Shown: one piece after another, positions 1 to 8,524 of the stretch
How positions within the stretch are numbered: the first letter of the stretch is position 1
How the letters are laid out: the number at the start of each line of letters is the position of its first letter
Source of the DNA: Candidatus Krumholzibacteriia bacterium
GTDB lineage: Bacteria > Krumholzibacteriota > Krumholzibacteriia > WVZY01
Assembly: GCA_046754105.1 (NCBI GenBank)
Contig: JBHHVD010000020.1
Coordinates: forward strand, 1-40,907
Reading direction: 5' to 3'
Length of the DNA: 40,907 nucleotides
The notes under the pieces: model-generated
The model's input: only the letters and a program-made list of their open reading frames with translations
Told to the model about the DNA's origin: nothing
The model's database searches: none
Program-made: the position numbers and the translations under genes

Positions 1-114
1 GCCGGTAGCCGAGCGAAGCGGGCGACGGGACGGAGACAAGCCCCCGAGCCCGCCCGCGGGCAACGTAGTACGACCCGCTGGCAGGGCCCGCATCGGGCCG
101 GGCCGCCGGCCAGA

Positions 115-455
115 AAAAGCTCAGAGGGAGCTCGTCCCGCGAAAACCTGTCCCGGCCCCCGATCACGTCACCAATCCGGATAGTGGCCCGCCTTGCGGCG
201 GCACGTTCAGCAGCCCCCTCGATGGCTGCCGGCTGTCAGACTCAGGTCACATCCACTATCGTTCTCAAACCACGGCGACGGATTCTCTGCACGTCCCAGG
301 TTTCTCGCGTCCGGCGGCGATTCCTCCCAGATCACAACCGGTAGAGCTCCCTCTTCGCAGGCGAGATGAGAAACATCGACGGTCTTCCACACGACCCCTC
401 ATCACGACACCGACCGTACTCGACCCCCCTCATCTCTGTTCCTCGTCCTGTGAGG
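115..455 (-). ncRNA. Candidate structured ncRNA of unknown family
   Basis: Nested complementary segments 123-133/344-354 (11 bp perfect), 138-149/297-309, 166-172/274-280, 179-186/253-260 (8 bp perfect). Hairpins at 188-201 (GCAA tetraloop on -), 209-230, 311-341 and 363-436. Several mismatches on + become G-U pairs on -. U-tract at 114-118 after the closing stem; sigma-54 motif upstream. Confidence 0.6.
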
Positions 456-466
456 CGTTGCCTATC

Positions 467-481
467 GCAATTCGGATGCCA
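467..481 (-). promoter_or_regulatory. Sigma-54 (-24/-12) promoter
   Basis: Minus strand TGGCATCCGAATTGC, GG-N10-GC spacing, intergenic. Confidence 0.65.
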
Positions 482-710
482 GGAACGTCTTGCCGCCCGG
501 AGAATCATGCCCGCCCGTATCCGTCGAGTGGGCCTTGGGATACGGCGAATCGTACGTCCATGCGTTGCGGGGGCAAGAAAGCCGGCGGGCGGGTCGGTGT
601 AGTGTGTGTTTACAGGAAGGGTATGCGACAAACGGGATCTGGTCCCGTCACCGGGGTGCGCGGGCGTCGCTTACGCACGCCGGGGGGGGCTCGCGGCGCG
701 GTAACTCCGT

Positions 711-2300
711 TTACGGGGCCTTGATTTCGGGGAGTCGCTTGCTCTGGCGGGGTTTAAAACCGTCGACCTTGATCAGTTTCACGAAGGCTTCGACCACCTG
801 GGGGTCGAATTGGGTGCCCGCCTTCGCCTGCAGCGTCTTGAGCGCCTTGCGCCAACTCAGCGCCTTACGGTACGAGCGGTCGGTGGTCATGGCGTCGAAC
901 GTGTCGGCCACCGCGATGATCCTCGCGCCGACGGGGATCTCGTCTCCCACCAATCCGCCCGGGTACCCGCCGCCGTCGTAGTGCTCGTGGTGATGCCTCA
1001 CCAGGGCGACGGTGCCGGAGAGAAAGTCCATATTCTCGATGATACTGGCGCCGATCACCGGGTGCTGCTTGAGCATTTCCCACTCTTCGCTGTTCAGGCT
1101 GCCCGGCTTGTTGAGGATGCGTTCGTAGACGAGCAGTTTGCCAATGTCGTGCAGGACGGCCCCGAAGGCGACGTCCCGCAGTTCATCTTTCGACAGGTTG
1201 AGTTTGGCGCCCAGCGCCACGCAGTAGTCCGCCACTCGTTCGGTGTGGCCCTTGGTATATGCATCCTTGGCCTCGATGATGGAGACGAGGGCCTTGACCG
1301 TCGACAGGTAGGTCTGCTGTAGCTCGCGGAACAACCGCGCGTTCTCCAGCCCGATGGCCGCCGAGTTGCAGATCGACCGCAGCATGTCCAGATCGTACCG
1401 GTTGAAACCGTCGCCGCTGAGCTTGGGTCCCGAGAACACGATGCCCTTGACCTTCTGCTTGAACGTAATCGGTGTGACCTGTTCGAAAATGGCCAGCCGC
1501 ACGTCGGGCAGCCGGCGCACCCAGCTGTCGTCGCTGGTTCTGGCGATCTTCTGGGTCTCCGGATTGTCCCGCAGCCGGCACACGAGTTCGCAATCGGCGG
1601 CGATCTTGAGATCCTCGATACGGGAGCGATCGAAGCCCTTGACACCATTCAAAACGAAGTTCGCATCGCTCTCCTTCTTGAGCAAGAACACCGCGATACT
1701 GGAAATCTGTAGCTCTCCCACTAGCGTCAGGGCAAAACCGTTGATCAGCTCGTCCGAATCGAGGCGGCGGTTCAGGTCCTGGCTGACGGCGAACAACGTC
1801 TTCATGGACAGCAGCTGTCGTTGCAGCTGCTTGTTTATCTGAGCGTAGTTCTCCCGGCCCTCGGAGACCTCATCGGCCAGGGCGACGTTGCTGCGTTCCA
1901 GGGCGATGGCGCTCCGGTAGCTCCCGAGCACTTTCTTGACCTTGGCATTGAGTTCCCGCAGGGAAAACGGTTTGACCAGGAAATCCTCCGCGCCGGTGGC
2001 GAACGTGCTGTCCATAACGTCTGGATCCGACGTTCCGGAAACGAACAGGGCCGGGACGGGCCGCTTGCCAGGGATGGAGCGCAGGATTCTCAAGACGTCC
2101 CTCCCATCCATATCGGGCAGCACGACGTCGATGACCAGCATGTCGGGCTCGCTCTCACGGTAGATGTTGAGGGCCTCTTCGCCGTTGCGCGCGAGCTGCA
2201 CCGTGTATCCCTTGTTACTCAGACTCTTGTCGAGTATCTCGAGAACGTTGCTGTCGTCGTCGACGACGAGTATGTTGCCGTTCATTCCCATTTCTCTCAT
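711..2300 (-). CDS. Response regulator with GAF and HD-GYP domains (cyclic dinucleotide phosphodiesterase)
   Basis: REC with intact ILVVDDD, IDVVLPDMDG, KPF; coiled coil; GAF; intact HD-GYP motifs GHTERV, LHDIGK, HHHEHYDGGGYP, VADTFDAMTTDRSYR. ATGA overlap with upstream gene. Confidence 0.92.
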   Translation of the reverse strand: MREMGMNGNILVVDDDSNVLEILDKSLSNKGYTVQLARNGEEALNIYRESEPDMLVIDVVLPDMDGRDVLRILRSIPGKRPVPALFVSGTSDPDVMDSTFATGAEDFLVKPFSLRELNAKVKKVLGSYRSAIALERSNVALADEVSEGRENYAQINKQLQRQLLSMKTLFAVSQDLNRRLDSDELINGFALTLVGELQISSIAVFLLKKESDANFVLNGVKGFDRSRIEDLKIAADCELVCRLRDNPETQKIARTSDDSWVRRLPDVRLAIFEQVTPITFKQKVKGIVFSGPKLSGDGFNRYDLDMLRSICNSAAIGLENARLFRELQQTYLSTVKALVSIIEAKDAYTKGHTERVADYCVALGAKLNLSKDELRDVAFGAVLHDIGKLLVYERILNKPGSLNSEEWEMLKQHPVIGASIIENMDFLSGTVALVRHHHEHYDGGGYPGGLVGDEIPVGARIIAVADTFDAMTTDRSYRKALSWRKALKTLQAKAGTQFDPQVVEAFVKLIKVDGFKPRQSKRLPEIKAP

Positions 2301-3973
2301 ACCTTGAACAACTCGGATCCGCGGTATCTCGTCGGCTCGCCGCTGCGTACTTCGTCCTCGACGATGTCTACGAACTTGTCCACTATCTCCGGGTCGTAGC
2401 GGTTGCCCCAGTTCTCTTTGAGCGTGTTCAACGCTTCTTCCCGCGACAGCGAGGGCCGTGTCGGACGGTCCTCCAGCATCGCGGCGTAGCTCTCGACCAC
2501 CGAGACGATTCGGGCGCCGAGTGGAATCTGTGGGCCCTGCAGGCCACCGGGGTATCCCTCACCGTTGAATCGTTCGTGATGCGCCAGCACGATCTCGCAC
2601 GTGTGGCGGGAGAACTTCATGGACTCGAGCATCTGTGAGCCTTCTACGGGGTGCTGCTTGATGATCTCCCATTCCTCCTGCATCAACTCGCGGGGGCTGC
2701 GCACGATGAGATCGCTGACCTTGATCATGCCGATGTCCCTGAGAACCGTGCCGTAGATCAAATCGCGAAGGTTCTCCTCTGGGTAGTGGACACTGACCGC
2801 CAGCGCATGGATGTAGTTCACCATCTCCTCGGTATGCCCGCGCGACATCGTGTTCTCTTCGATCATCGAGATGAGGGAGTGAACCAGGCCGAGCGTTCGT
2901 TTGCTCTCCGCTTCGAAACGGCTGCTGTTGGCGTACGCGATCGCCGCCTGGTTGATCAGCATGCTCAAGAAATCCCATGAGTTCTCGTCCAGTTCCTTGC
3001 GGATCGGCTTGCCGATCAGCACGATAGCGGCCAGTTCCTCGTAGACGACGAAAGGCGCTGCATACGGCATGCCCCATTTCTCCAGAAGTTTCCGTCCCCC
3101 GGCCCGGATCGGCGCCTGATCGAGATCGAAAACGCCTCGTGTCTTCAACCATTTTGGTACGTCGACTTCCGATGCGGCGATCTTCAGGGAGCCCGGGTCC
3201 GCCGTCTCGAAACCCTTCCAGGAGGCGGCGACGTACTCGTCACCGGTGCGCTCGAGGAACGCCGCGGTCTCCACGCCGACCTGGGCGATGGTCGTCAACA
3301 GAAATGCGTCCAGCAGGCCCGACTTGTCGGGAATGCGGTTCAAGTCCGTGTTCAGGGACAACAGCGAGCGATACTGGACCAGCTTCTTGTGGAGGTGCTC
3401 ACCTCCAGGGCCCTTGCGGTCGGCTGCGGCTGCCCTGCCGGCTCCTTTCTTCCCGGTTTCCTCCTTTTGGATAGACCCCGCAGCGGCCGTTTTTCGTGCA
3501 GGCGTTGCCGCTTTGGACGGGGCGCCCTTCTTCTTGCCCCCCGCGGGCGCCTTTTCCGCCTTTTCCTCCGCCTTGCCCTTTTGGGCCACCCTGGTCGTCC
3601 CGGCTCCGTCGGGCCGCGCGGCCGGGGCCGCCGCCGACTCGATCTTCTCGAGCGCTTTTTCCAGGTCCGGCTCGAAGAGCACCGGTGTATCGCCCTTGCC
3701 AACGAGGACGCTCCTCACCCGGCTCGACGCGCCCGCCACACAAACGACGACGCTTCCACCCTGTGCCGCTTCACGTATGATCTTGGCACAGCCGCCGCCG
3801 AGCGACGACAGTTCGGAAAAATCCATGACGAGTTTCGCGATGCTCTTGTTCGCGCACTCTCTAAAAAACTTTTCGAGAACCTTGTTTTCGTGGTATCCGA
3901 GCGTGCCGCTGATCTTAAATACGGAAACATCGGGGTTGGTAGAAGTGACTTTCTCTACAAGTGTTTTCGCCAT
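2297..3973 (-). CDS. STAS-GAF-degenerate HD-GYP protein
   Basis: N-terminal STAS-like segment (FKISGTL...LVMDFSELSSL), Lys/Ala-rich linker, GAF, HD-GYP with LRDIG replacing LHDIG, HHERFNGEGYP kept. ATG at 3973 has a GGGAG RBS. Confidence 0.85.
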   Translation of the reverse strand: MAKTLVEKVTSTNPDVSVFKISGTLGYHENKVLEKFFRECANKSIAKLVMDFSELSSLGGGCAKIIREAAQGGSVVVCVAGASSRVRSVLVGKGDTPVLFEPDLEKALEKIESAAAPAARPDGAGTTRVAQKGKAEEKAEKAPAGGKKKGAPSKAATPARKTAAAGSIQKEETGKKGAGRAAAADRKGPGGEHLHKKLVQYRSLLSLNTDLNRIPDKSGLLDAFLLTTIAQVGVETAAFLERTGDEYVAASWKGFETADPGSLKIAASEVDVPKWLKTRGVFDLDQAPIRAGGRKLLEKWGMPYAAPFVVYEELAAIVLIGKPIRKELDENSWDFLSMLINQAAIAYANSSRFEAESKRTLGLVHSLISMIEENTMSRGHTEEMVNYIHALAVSVHYPEENLRDLIYGTVLRDIGMIKVSDLIVRSPRELMQEEWEIIKQHPVEGSQMLESMKFSRHTCEIVLAHHERFNGEGYPGGLQGPQIPLGARIVSVVESYAAMLEDRPTRPSLSREEALNTLKENWGNRYDPEIVDKFVDIVEDEVRSGEPTRYRGSELFKV

Positions 3974-4076
3974 TTGCACTCCCGACGACGTCGATCAAGA
4001 AGGGGAAGGGGGTCAATCGCAGGAGAGAGAGATTATCGTTGCATAGTTCCTCCATGTCGCGGTCACAACCCTCAGG

Positions 4077-4301
4077 CTACACCTCTTCATGAGCCAGCCA
4101 CTTGTCCAGGACGCTCTTCAGAAATCTCCACTCGCTCCCGACTTTCTTGGCGGGGATCTTCCGGTCCTTGGCGAGTCGACATACCGTCTTCACGTGCATT
4201 TTCAGATACTCCGCCGCCTCTACGGAGGTCATCACCACGTCGGTATCTTCGCTCCCTCCAATGACGATATTCGAGTAATCCGACTCTCTCCACTTGCTCA
4301 T
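4077..4301 (-). CDS. Small helix-turn-helix DNA-binding protein (excisionase-like / HTH_17)
   Basis: MTSVEAAEYLKMHVKTVCRLAKDRKIPAKKVGSEWRF pattern; AAGGA RBS. Confidence 0.88.
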   Translation of the reverse strand: MSKWRESDYSNIVIGGSEDTDVVMTSVEAAEYLKMHVKTVCRLAKDRKIPAKKVGSEWRFLKSVLDKWLAHEEV

Positions 4302-4484
4302 CGTTATCCGTCCTTTTTTACCTGAAGTTAGAACCTCTCGAACCCTTGATTAGCACGAACCATACCAACCGTCAGGTTCGGACCCGCGCACGCAACGGGA
4401 CGTATAACCCGCTATTGTCCAACGATATACAGAAACAGACAACGCCCCGTCCGTCCGTTTCACCCCTCCGTCCACCGCGGCCGT

Positions 4485-4500
4485 TGCATAACGCTTGCCA
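4485..4500 (-). promoter_or_regulatory. Possible sigma-54 promoter
   Basis: Minus strand TGGCAAGCGTTATGCA (GG-N10-GC), upstream of the HTH gene; weaker match than the others. Confidence 0.45.
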
Positions 4501-4519
4501 CGAAGCTGGCGGCGGTTCA

Positions 4520-6538
4520 TCACGAGAAAAAGCCGCCAACCCGCGCCAGGACGTCTTCTGCATCCAGCGGCTTGCTGATATAACCGGCCACCCCTATCTT
4601 CTCCACGAGCCGTTCGGCGTTTTGGCCTCTATGCGTCGTGGTGACCAGAACCGGAATATTCTTCCCCTCCGATTGCAGCCGTTCCGCAAGCACTTTCGCC
4701 GCCATGGACGGGACGCGGAATTCGCTGATAATCAGGATCGGCGCCGTTTCCTGCAGGCAGAGATCGATGGCTTCATCCAGCTTGTTCACGACCTGGGTTG
4801 TGAGTCCATCCTGCGAGAGAATCGTCGTAAACGCGTTTCCCAAGACCTCACTGCGTTCCACCACGAGGACCTGGGCCGAGGCTTGCGGTGGTTGGGCCGG
4901 AGGAATCGGGTCGACTTTCTCCATATCTGCCTGCGCTTGGGAAAGATCTGGATCTTGTCCACCCGTCCCTCCGGATAGCTCCGTCGGAGAAACCGTGTTG
5001 ATGATCTGCAGGTAGCGGCGGACGAGACTATCCGCCTCCACGAGCGGCACCCTGTGGCCGGCGATCTCGGCGACTCCACGCTCCATACCACGCCACGCCG
5101 GTATTGCGTTTCTCGACCATTTCCCTTCCTTCGGGTCGCCGGCCGTCGACACGGGGAATGCGATTCGTTTTTCGAGACGCCCGATTACGGCGATGTGGCC
5201 ACCGTCGACGGGGGCACCCGTGTAGAGCTGACCGAGGCGCACGAGTGGCACGACGTTGCCGCCCATCACGAGGTGTTCGCCCCGCGCGCCGCTCTTGATC
5301 TCGGCGTCCCCGAACGGAATCACTTTGTCCACCTGGTTTGCATGAACGGCCATGCGCTGGCCGCCGTCCCCCCATACCATGAAACGGCCGCCGTCGACCG
5401 ATACAGGCATGGTGAAGGCGAAACGGGTGTCGTGCGTCTCGTCCGGTTCCACCCACAGGAGGCTGCGCAGCTCCGAGAGCACCTTGCAGGTCTCTTTGAG
5501 TCCTGGATAGAAGGCGAGGTACTCGTCCGGATCGAGCTGCGAATCCGAGATGAAGTTGCTGCCGTTGTCACGCATGGACCACCGAAATGCGCCGTATCGT
5601 TTTTCGGCGGCCACTTCGATGTGCAGGTAGTCGTCACTGCATCGCGCGAAGACGTCGCCAATCATGAATTGCAACACGCGCACGACGGGAAACAAGAGGC
5701 TCGCGTGGAGTTCGTTATCTTCCCCCTCGAACGCGACGTCGATGTGGCGATCGGTGCCCAGGCACATGACGCGTACGAAATCTTCGAGCGTGGCGCGTAT
5801 CGGCGCCAGTGACGCGATCGTCAACGGGCCGCGGTTCCCTCCCTTTATCGCAATCATTTGCTCGATCGACAGCGCGTGAAAGCTCGTGAGCAACAGTTCC
5901 CTGCGGATCTGGTCGAAACCGGCCGGTGCACCGTCGACCAGGTCCCACTCGGACGAACGCCAGTGACCGATGAGGGACTGCGCGTTTCTGCAAAGCTCTC
6001 CCATGCTGCTGCCGAGGCTCCGTTCCTCCTCGGCTGTTTTTATTGCGACGGCATCCTCGTGGATCGCCTCCGGCTGCGTGCCGGCCGCCGGTGCCGGCCC
6101 GGGCGCCGTGGGCGGCGGAGCCGTGGCCGCGGCGGCGGTGGACTGAAGCTCCACCAGCTCCTCGAGCATCGAGTTGACCTCGTCCGCCGAGACTATATTG
6201 GCCAGGGCGGATGGTGGCTTTGTCTGTGCATGGGTGAGGAGCTGGTCTTCTTTTTCAATGATTTCAGAGGTAACTTGAGCGATCCGTTCGTCCCACGGCA
6301 AGTTCTTGTCCCGGTACGTGATCAAGAGACCTTCGAAAGCCTCCAGGAAGGACTGCCACAGCTCCAGTTCGAGCAGCGAAAAGCTGTTGGCCAGCATGTT
6401 GGTCGACAGAATGGACCGCTCGAACCGGGCGCGAGCGGCCGGGTGATTGGGCGGCAGCCCCAGCAAACCGTTCAGCTCGTCGGAATGGTGAGTCACCTGC
6501 GCCAGAAACAAGCTCGTCGTGTCCAGCTTCTTGGCCAT
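4520..6538 (-). CDS. Degenerate CheA-like hybrid protein (Hpt-like, HATPase-like, CheW-like, pseudo-receiver)
   Basis: Domain order and remnants: helical N-terminus, Pro/Ala linker, SMRDNG, TRFAFTMPVS, CheW-like VPLVRL and IAFPV segments, C-terminal REC (VLVVE, PVLVTT, GYISKP). Confidence 0.75.
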   Translation of the reverse strand: MAKKLDTTSLFLAQVTHHSDELNGLLGLPPNHPAARARFERSILSTNMLANSFSLLELELWQSFLEAFEGLLITYRDKNLPWDERIAQVTSEIIEKEDQLLTHAQTKPPSALANIVSADEVNSMLEELVELQSTAAAATAPPPTAPGPAPAAGTQPEAIHEDAVAIKTAEEERSLGSSMGELCRNAQSLIGHWRSSEWDLVDGAPAGFDQIRRELLLTSFHALSIEQMIAIKGGNRGPLTIASLAPIRATLEDFVRVMCLGTDRHIDVAFEGEDNELHASLLFPVVRVLQFMIGDVFARCSDDYLHIEVAAEKRYGAFRWSMRDNGSNFISDSQLDPDEYLAFYPGLKETCKVLSELRSLLWVEPDETHDTRFAFTMPVSVDGGRFMVWGDGGQRMAVHANQVDKVIPFGDAEIKSGARGEHLVMGGNVVPLVRLGQLYTGAPVDGGHIAVIGRLEKRIAFPVSTAGDPKEGKWSRNAIPAWRGMERGVAEIAGHRVPLVEADSLVRRYLQIINTVSPTELSGGTGGQDPDLSQAQADMEKVDPIPPAQPPQASAQVLVVERSEVLGNAFTTILSQDGLTTQVVNKLDEAIDLCLQETAPILIISEFRVPSMAAKVLAERLQSEGKNIPVLVTTTHRGQNAERLVEKIGVAGYISKPLDAEDVLARVGGFFS

Positions 6539-6564
6539 CCGTTGCCGTTTCCTGCCTTGAGTGG

Positions 6565-8280
6565 TTAGCCGTGGAGCGCGGGATCGAAATCGACCGCGCC
6601 AATGGCGTACAGATCAGCGGTGTCGTCGTCATCCGACGCCGGTCCGGGCACCGGCGCCGGTGACGATGGCACTTTCTCGTCGGGTTCGGCCGGAGTCGGT
6701 CGGGGTGCCTTCGCGACCGGGGGCGGTTTCGACTGAGCGACGCGCCGATCCGCTGGATCCTCGCCGCCCAGGTCGATCTCGTTCAGGTTCATAGAACCGG
6801 CGTCTACGGCGGGCAAATCGGCGCTCTCGAGCGGCGTGCTCTCCCGGTAGTCGCTATCGCCGGTGCCCGACGCTCCGGCAGTGCCCTTCGACGAGAGATC
6901 GGCGAACATACCGTCCTCGACCTCCGCGCCGGCCAGGAGACCGTCCTCTTCCGCCACATCCGCGACCGCATCCGCTTCGTCCGAGAAAAGGGGCTTCCTG
7001 GAATCGAGTTTCTCGAAGCCGTAGTCGTCCCCGATTTCAGGATCCACGCCGCCGGGCGACCCGCCGCCGTCGCTGGCTGCCGTTGGCGCCGTGCCGCCTG
7101 GGTCCTGGAGGTCCCCCACCTGCCCGCTGAGAATCGACGTGCGCTCGGCGAGGACGGCGAGCTTGTCCACGATGGATTTCGTCGCTTTGGCCAGCCCGGG
7201 GCCGACACCGGTGTCGAGCGCGGATACCGACTCCTGGAGGTTCGCCGTTACACTGGCGTATGACCTCGATATGTCGCTGAACTTGGCCGCGATCTCCTTG
7301 ACGTCCTCCGCCACCTGGACGATCTCGGCCCGGCCGCCCTCGCCGGAGCTCGCCTGGAGCGCGGCGTTTATCGCGATCCCTTTGGTTTCCTCGCTGAGCG
7401 TCTTCACGGCGGAGCTCAGGTCATTGAGCGAGCGCAGGGATGCAGCGACGTCCTCGAGCTTGCCGGTGTTGTCTCCGCCCTTGGCCGCACCGGTACTCAG
7501 ACGGCCGACCTGCTTTCCGATCTCTTTCGTGCGTAGCGTGTTTCCCTCCAGTGCCGCGGCGATCTCTGCTAGCTGGTCCCGCAGCCGCCCTTCTGCCGCC
7601 GGACCGGCATCCGACCCGTTCGACATCGACAGGAACGCCTCACACATGGCGTCCTCGACCCGTTTTAGCGGAACCACATTCACCGCGGGACTGCCGGTAA
7701 ACTTGCCGGGGCTCCCGCGGCGGATCGCGTCGATCAATGCGTCACACTGTTCCGCCAGTTCCTCTTCGATTCGTCCCTCTGCCGCCTCGACGCTCGCCTC
7801 CGCCTCTTTTTCACGCTCTACCAGCTGCTTTTCCCGCTCCACGACGCTGTCGCGGACGCGTGTGAGAAATTTCTTCAGTTCGGGGTGGTTCTTGAGCTTG
7901 GCAATCTGCTTCTTGTCATCAAAATCCTTGATCTCCCGGATCGAGGACAACAGGTTCTTGTAGTCGAGCCCCGAGTCGAGATAGCCGCGGTACTTGCGGA
8001 CCGCGCGCGCGATGAGCGAGTGAGAAATCAGCGCGGCGGCACCTACCAGCACAAGAAGCGGCCACGTTCGGACCAGGAGTCCTTGCCTGGCCGGAAAGTC
8101 GCCCCATACCTCGGTCCGCAGCCATTCCAGCGAGGGCGCGAACGGGCTAAGACCCCACGAGAGACCGAAGGTCCTCATGAAGTAGTAGGCGACGCCGATA
8201 CTCACGGCCACCAACATCAGGGATACAAAGAACCCAACCTTCCATGGCGAAGTGAGGACCGGCGGTTTCTTCCTATGCAC
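6565..8280 (-). CDS. Methyl-accepting chemotaxis (MCP)-like membrane protein, divergent
   Basis: Two N-terminal TM helices, coiled coil, signalling-tip remnant LSEETKGIAINAALQASSGEGGRAEIVQVAEDVKEIA, acidic tail. GTG at 8280 chosen for AAGGAG spacing (ORF track starts at 8286). Confidence 0.78.
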   Translation of the reverse strand: MHRKKPPVLTSPWKVGFFVSLMLVAVSIGVAYYFMRTFGLSWGLSPFAPSLEWLRTEVWGDFPARQGLLVRTWPLLVLVGAAALISHSLIARAVRKYRGYLDSGLDYKNLLSSIREIKDFDDKKQIAKLKNHPELKKFLTRVRDSVVEREKQLVEREKEAEASVEAAEGRIEEELAEQCDALIDAIRRGSPGKFTGSPAVNVVPLKRVEDAMCEAFLSMSNGSDAGPAAEGRLRDQLAEIAAALEGNTLRTKEIGKQVGRLSTGAAKGGDNTGKLEDVAASLRSLNDLSSAVKTLSEETKGIAINAALQASSGEGGRAEIVQVAEDVKEIAAKFSDISRSYASVTANLQESVSALDTGVGPGLAKATKSIVDKLAVLAERTSILSGQVGDLQDPGGTAPTAASDGGGSPGGVDPEIGDDYGFEKLDSRKPLFSDEADAVADVAEEDGLLAGAEVEDGMFADLSSKGTAGASGTGDSDYRESTPLESADLPAVDAGSMNLNEIDLGGEDPADRRVAQSKPPPVAKAPRPTPAEPDEKVPSSPAPVPGPASDDDDTADLYAIGAVDFDPALHG

Positions 8281-8351
8281 ACCCAACTCCTTGCTTGAAT
8301 GGAAGTTGCAATCAAATCACGTGAAATGGATTTCGTCACCGGGGGCAATTC

Positions 8352-8366
8352 GCAAGTACCATGCCA
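8352..8366 (-). promoter_or_regulatory. Sigma-54 promoter of the MCP/CheA-like operon
   Basis: Minus strand TGGCATGGTACTTGC, near consensus, about 70 nt upstream of the start codon. Confidence 0.75.
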
Positions 8367-8524
8367 GCCCCCGGCGCGGACCCGGCCGGCGACGACGCAT
8401 GTAACCGATTGTCCAGAAAGAGGTTAATAGACAGGAAAGCGCGCAGTGGAGCCGGAAGGCCCTTGCAGATTGCATTGACGATAAGGGCGCGCCGTGGCCT
8501 TTTGGTCCGTATCGCGGTGAGTCG

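Noticed and set aside
215..300. c-di-GMP-I riboswitch or T-box identity for the structured RNA
   Set aside because: GACAGCCGG and AGAGA...TGAGA fragments occur on -, but the GGCAAA/GCAAA P1 elements and the T-box GGTGGTACCGCG motif are absent.
332..433. 33-aa ORF MRGVEYGRC...LYRL with a GAGG upstream
   Set aside because: Lies within a long hairpin and has no protein-like features; cannot be fully excluded.
4033..4053. GGAGG followed by ATG-CAA-CGA-TAA micro-ORF on -
   Set aside because: Three codons with short SD spacing; compatible with chance.
4077..4301. Prophage or integrative element suggested by the excisionase-like gene
   Set aside because: No integrase, att repeats, tRNA or phage genes in the window.
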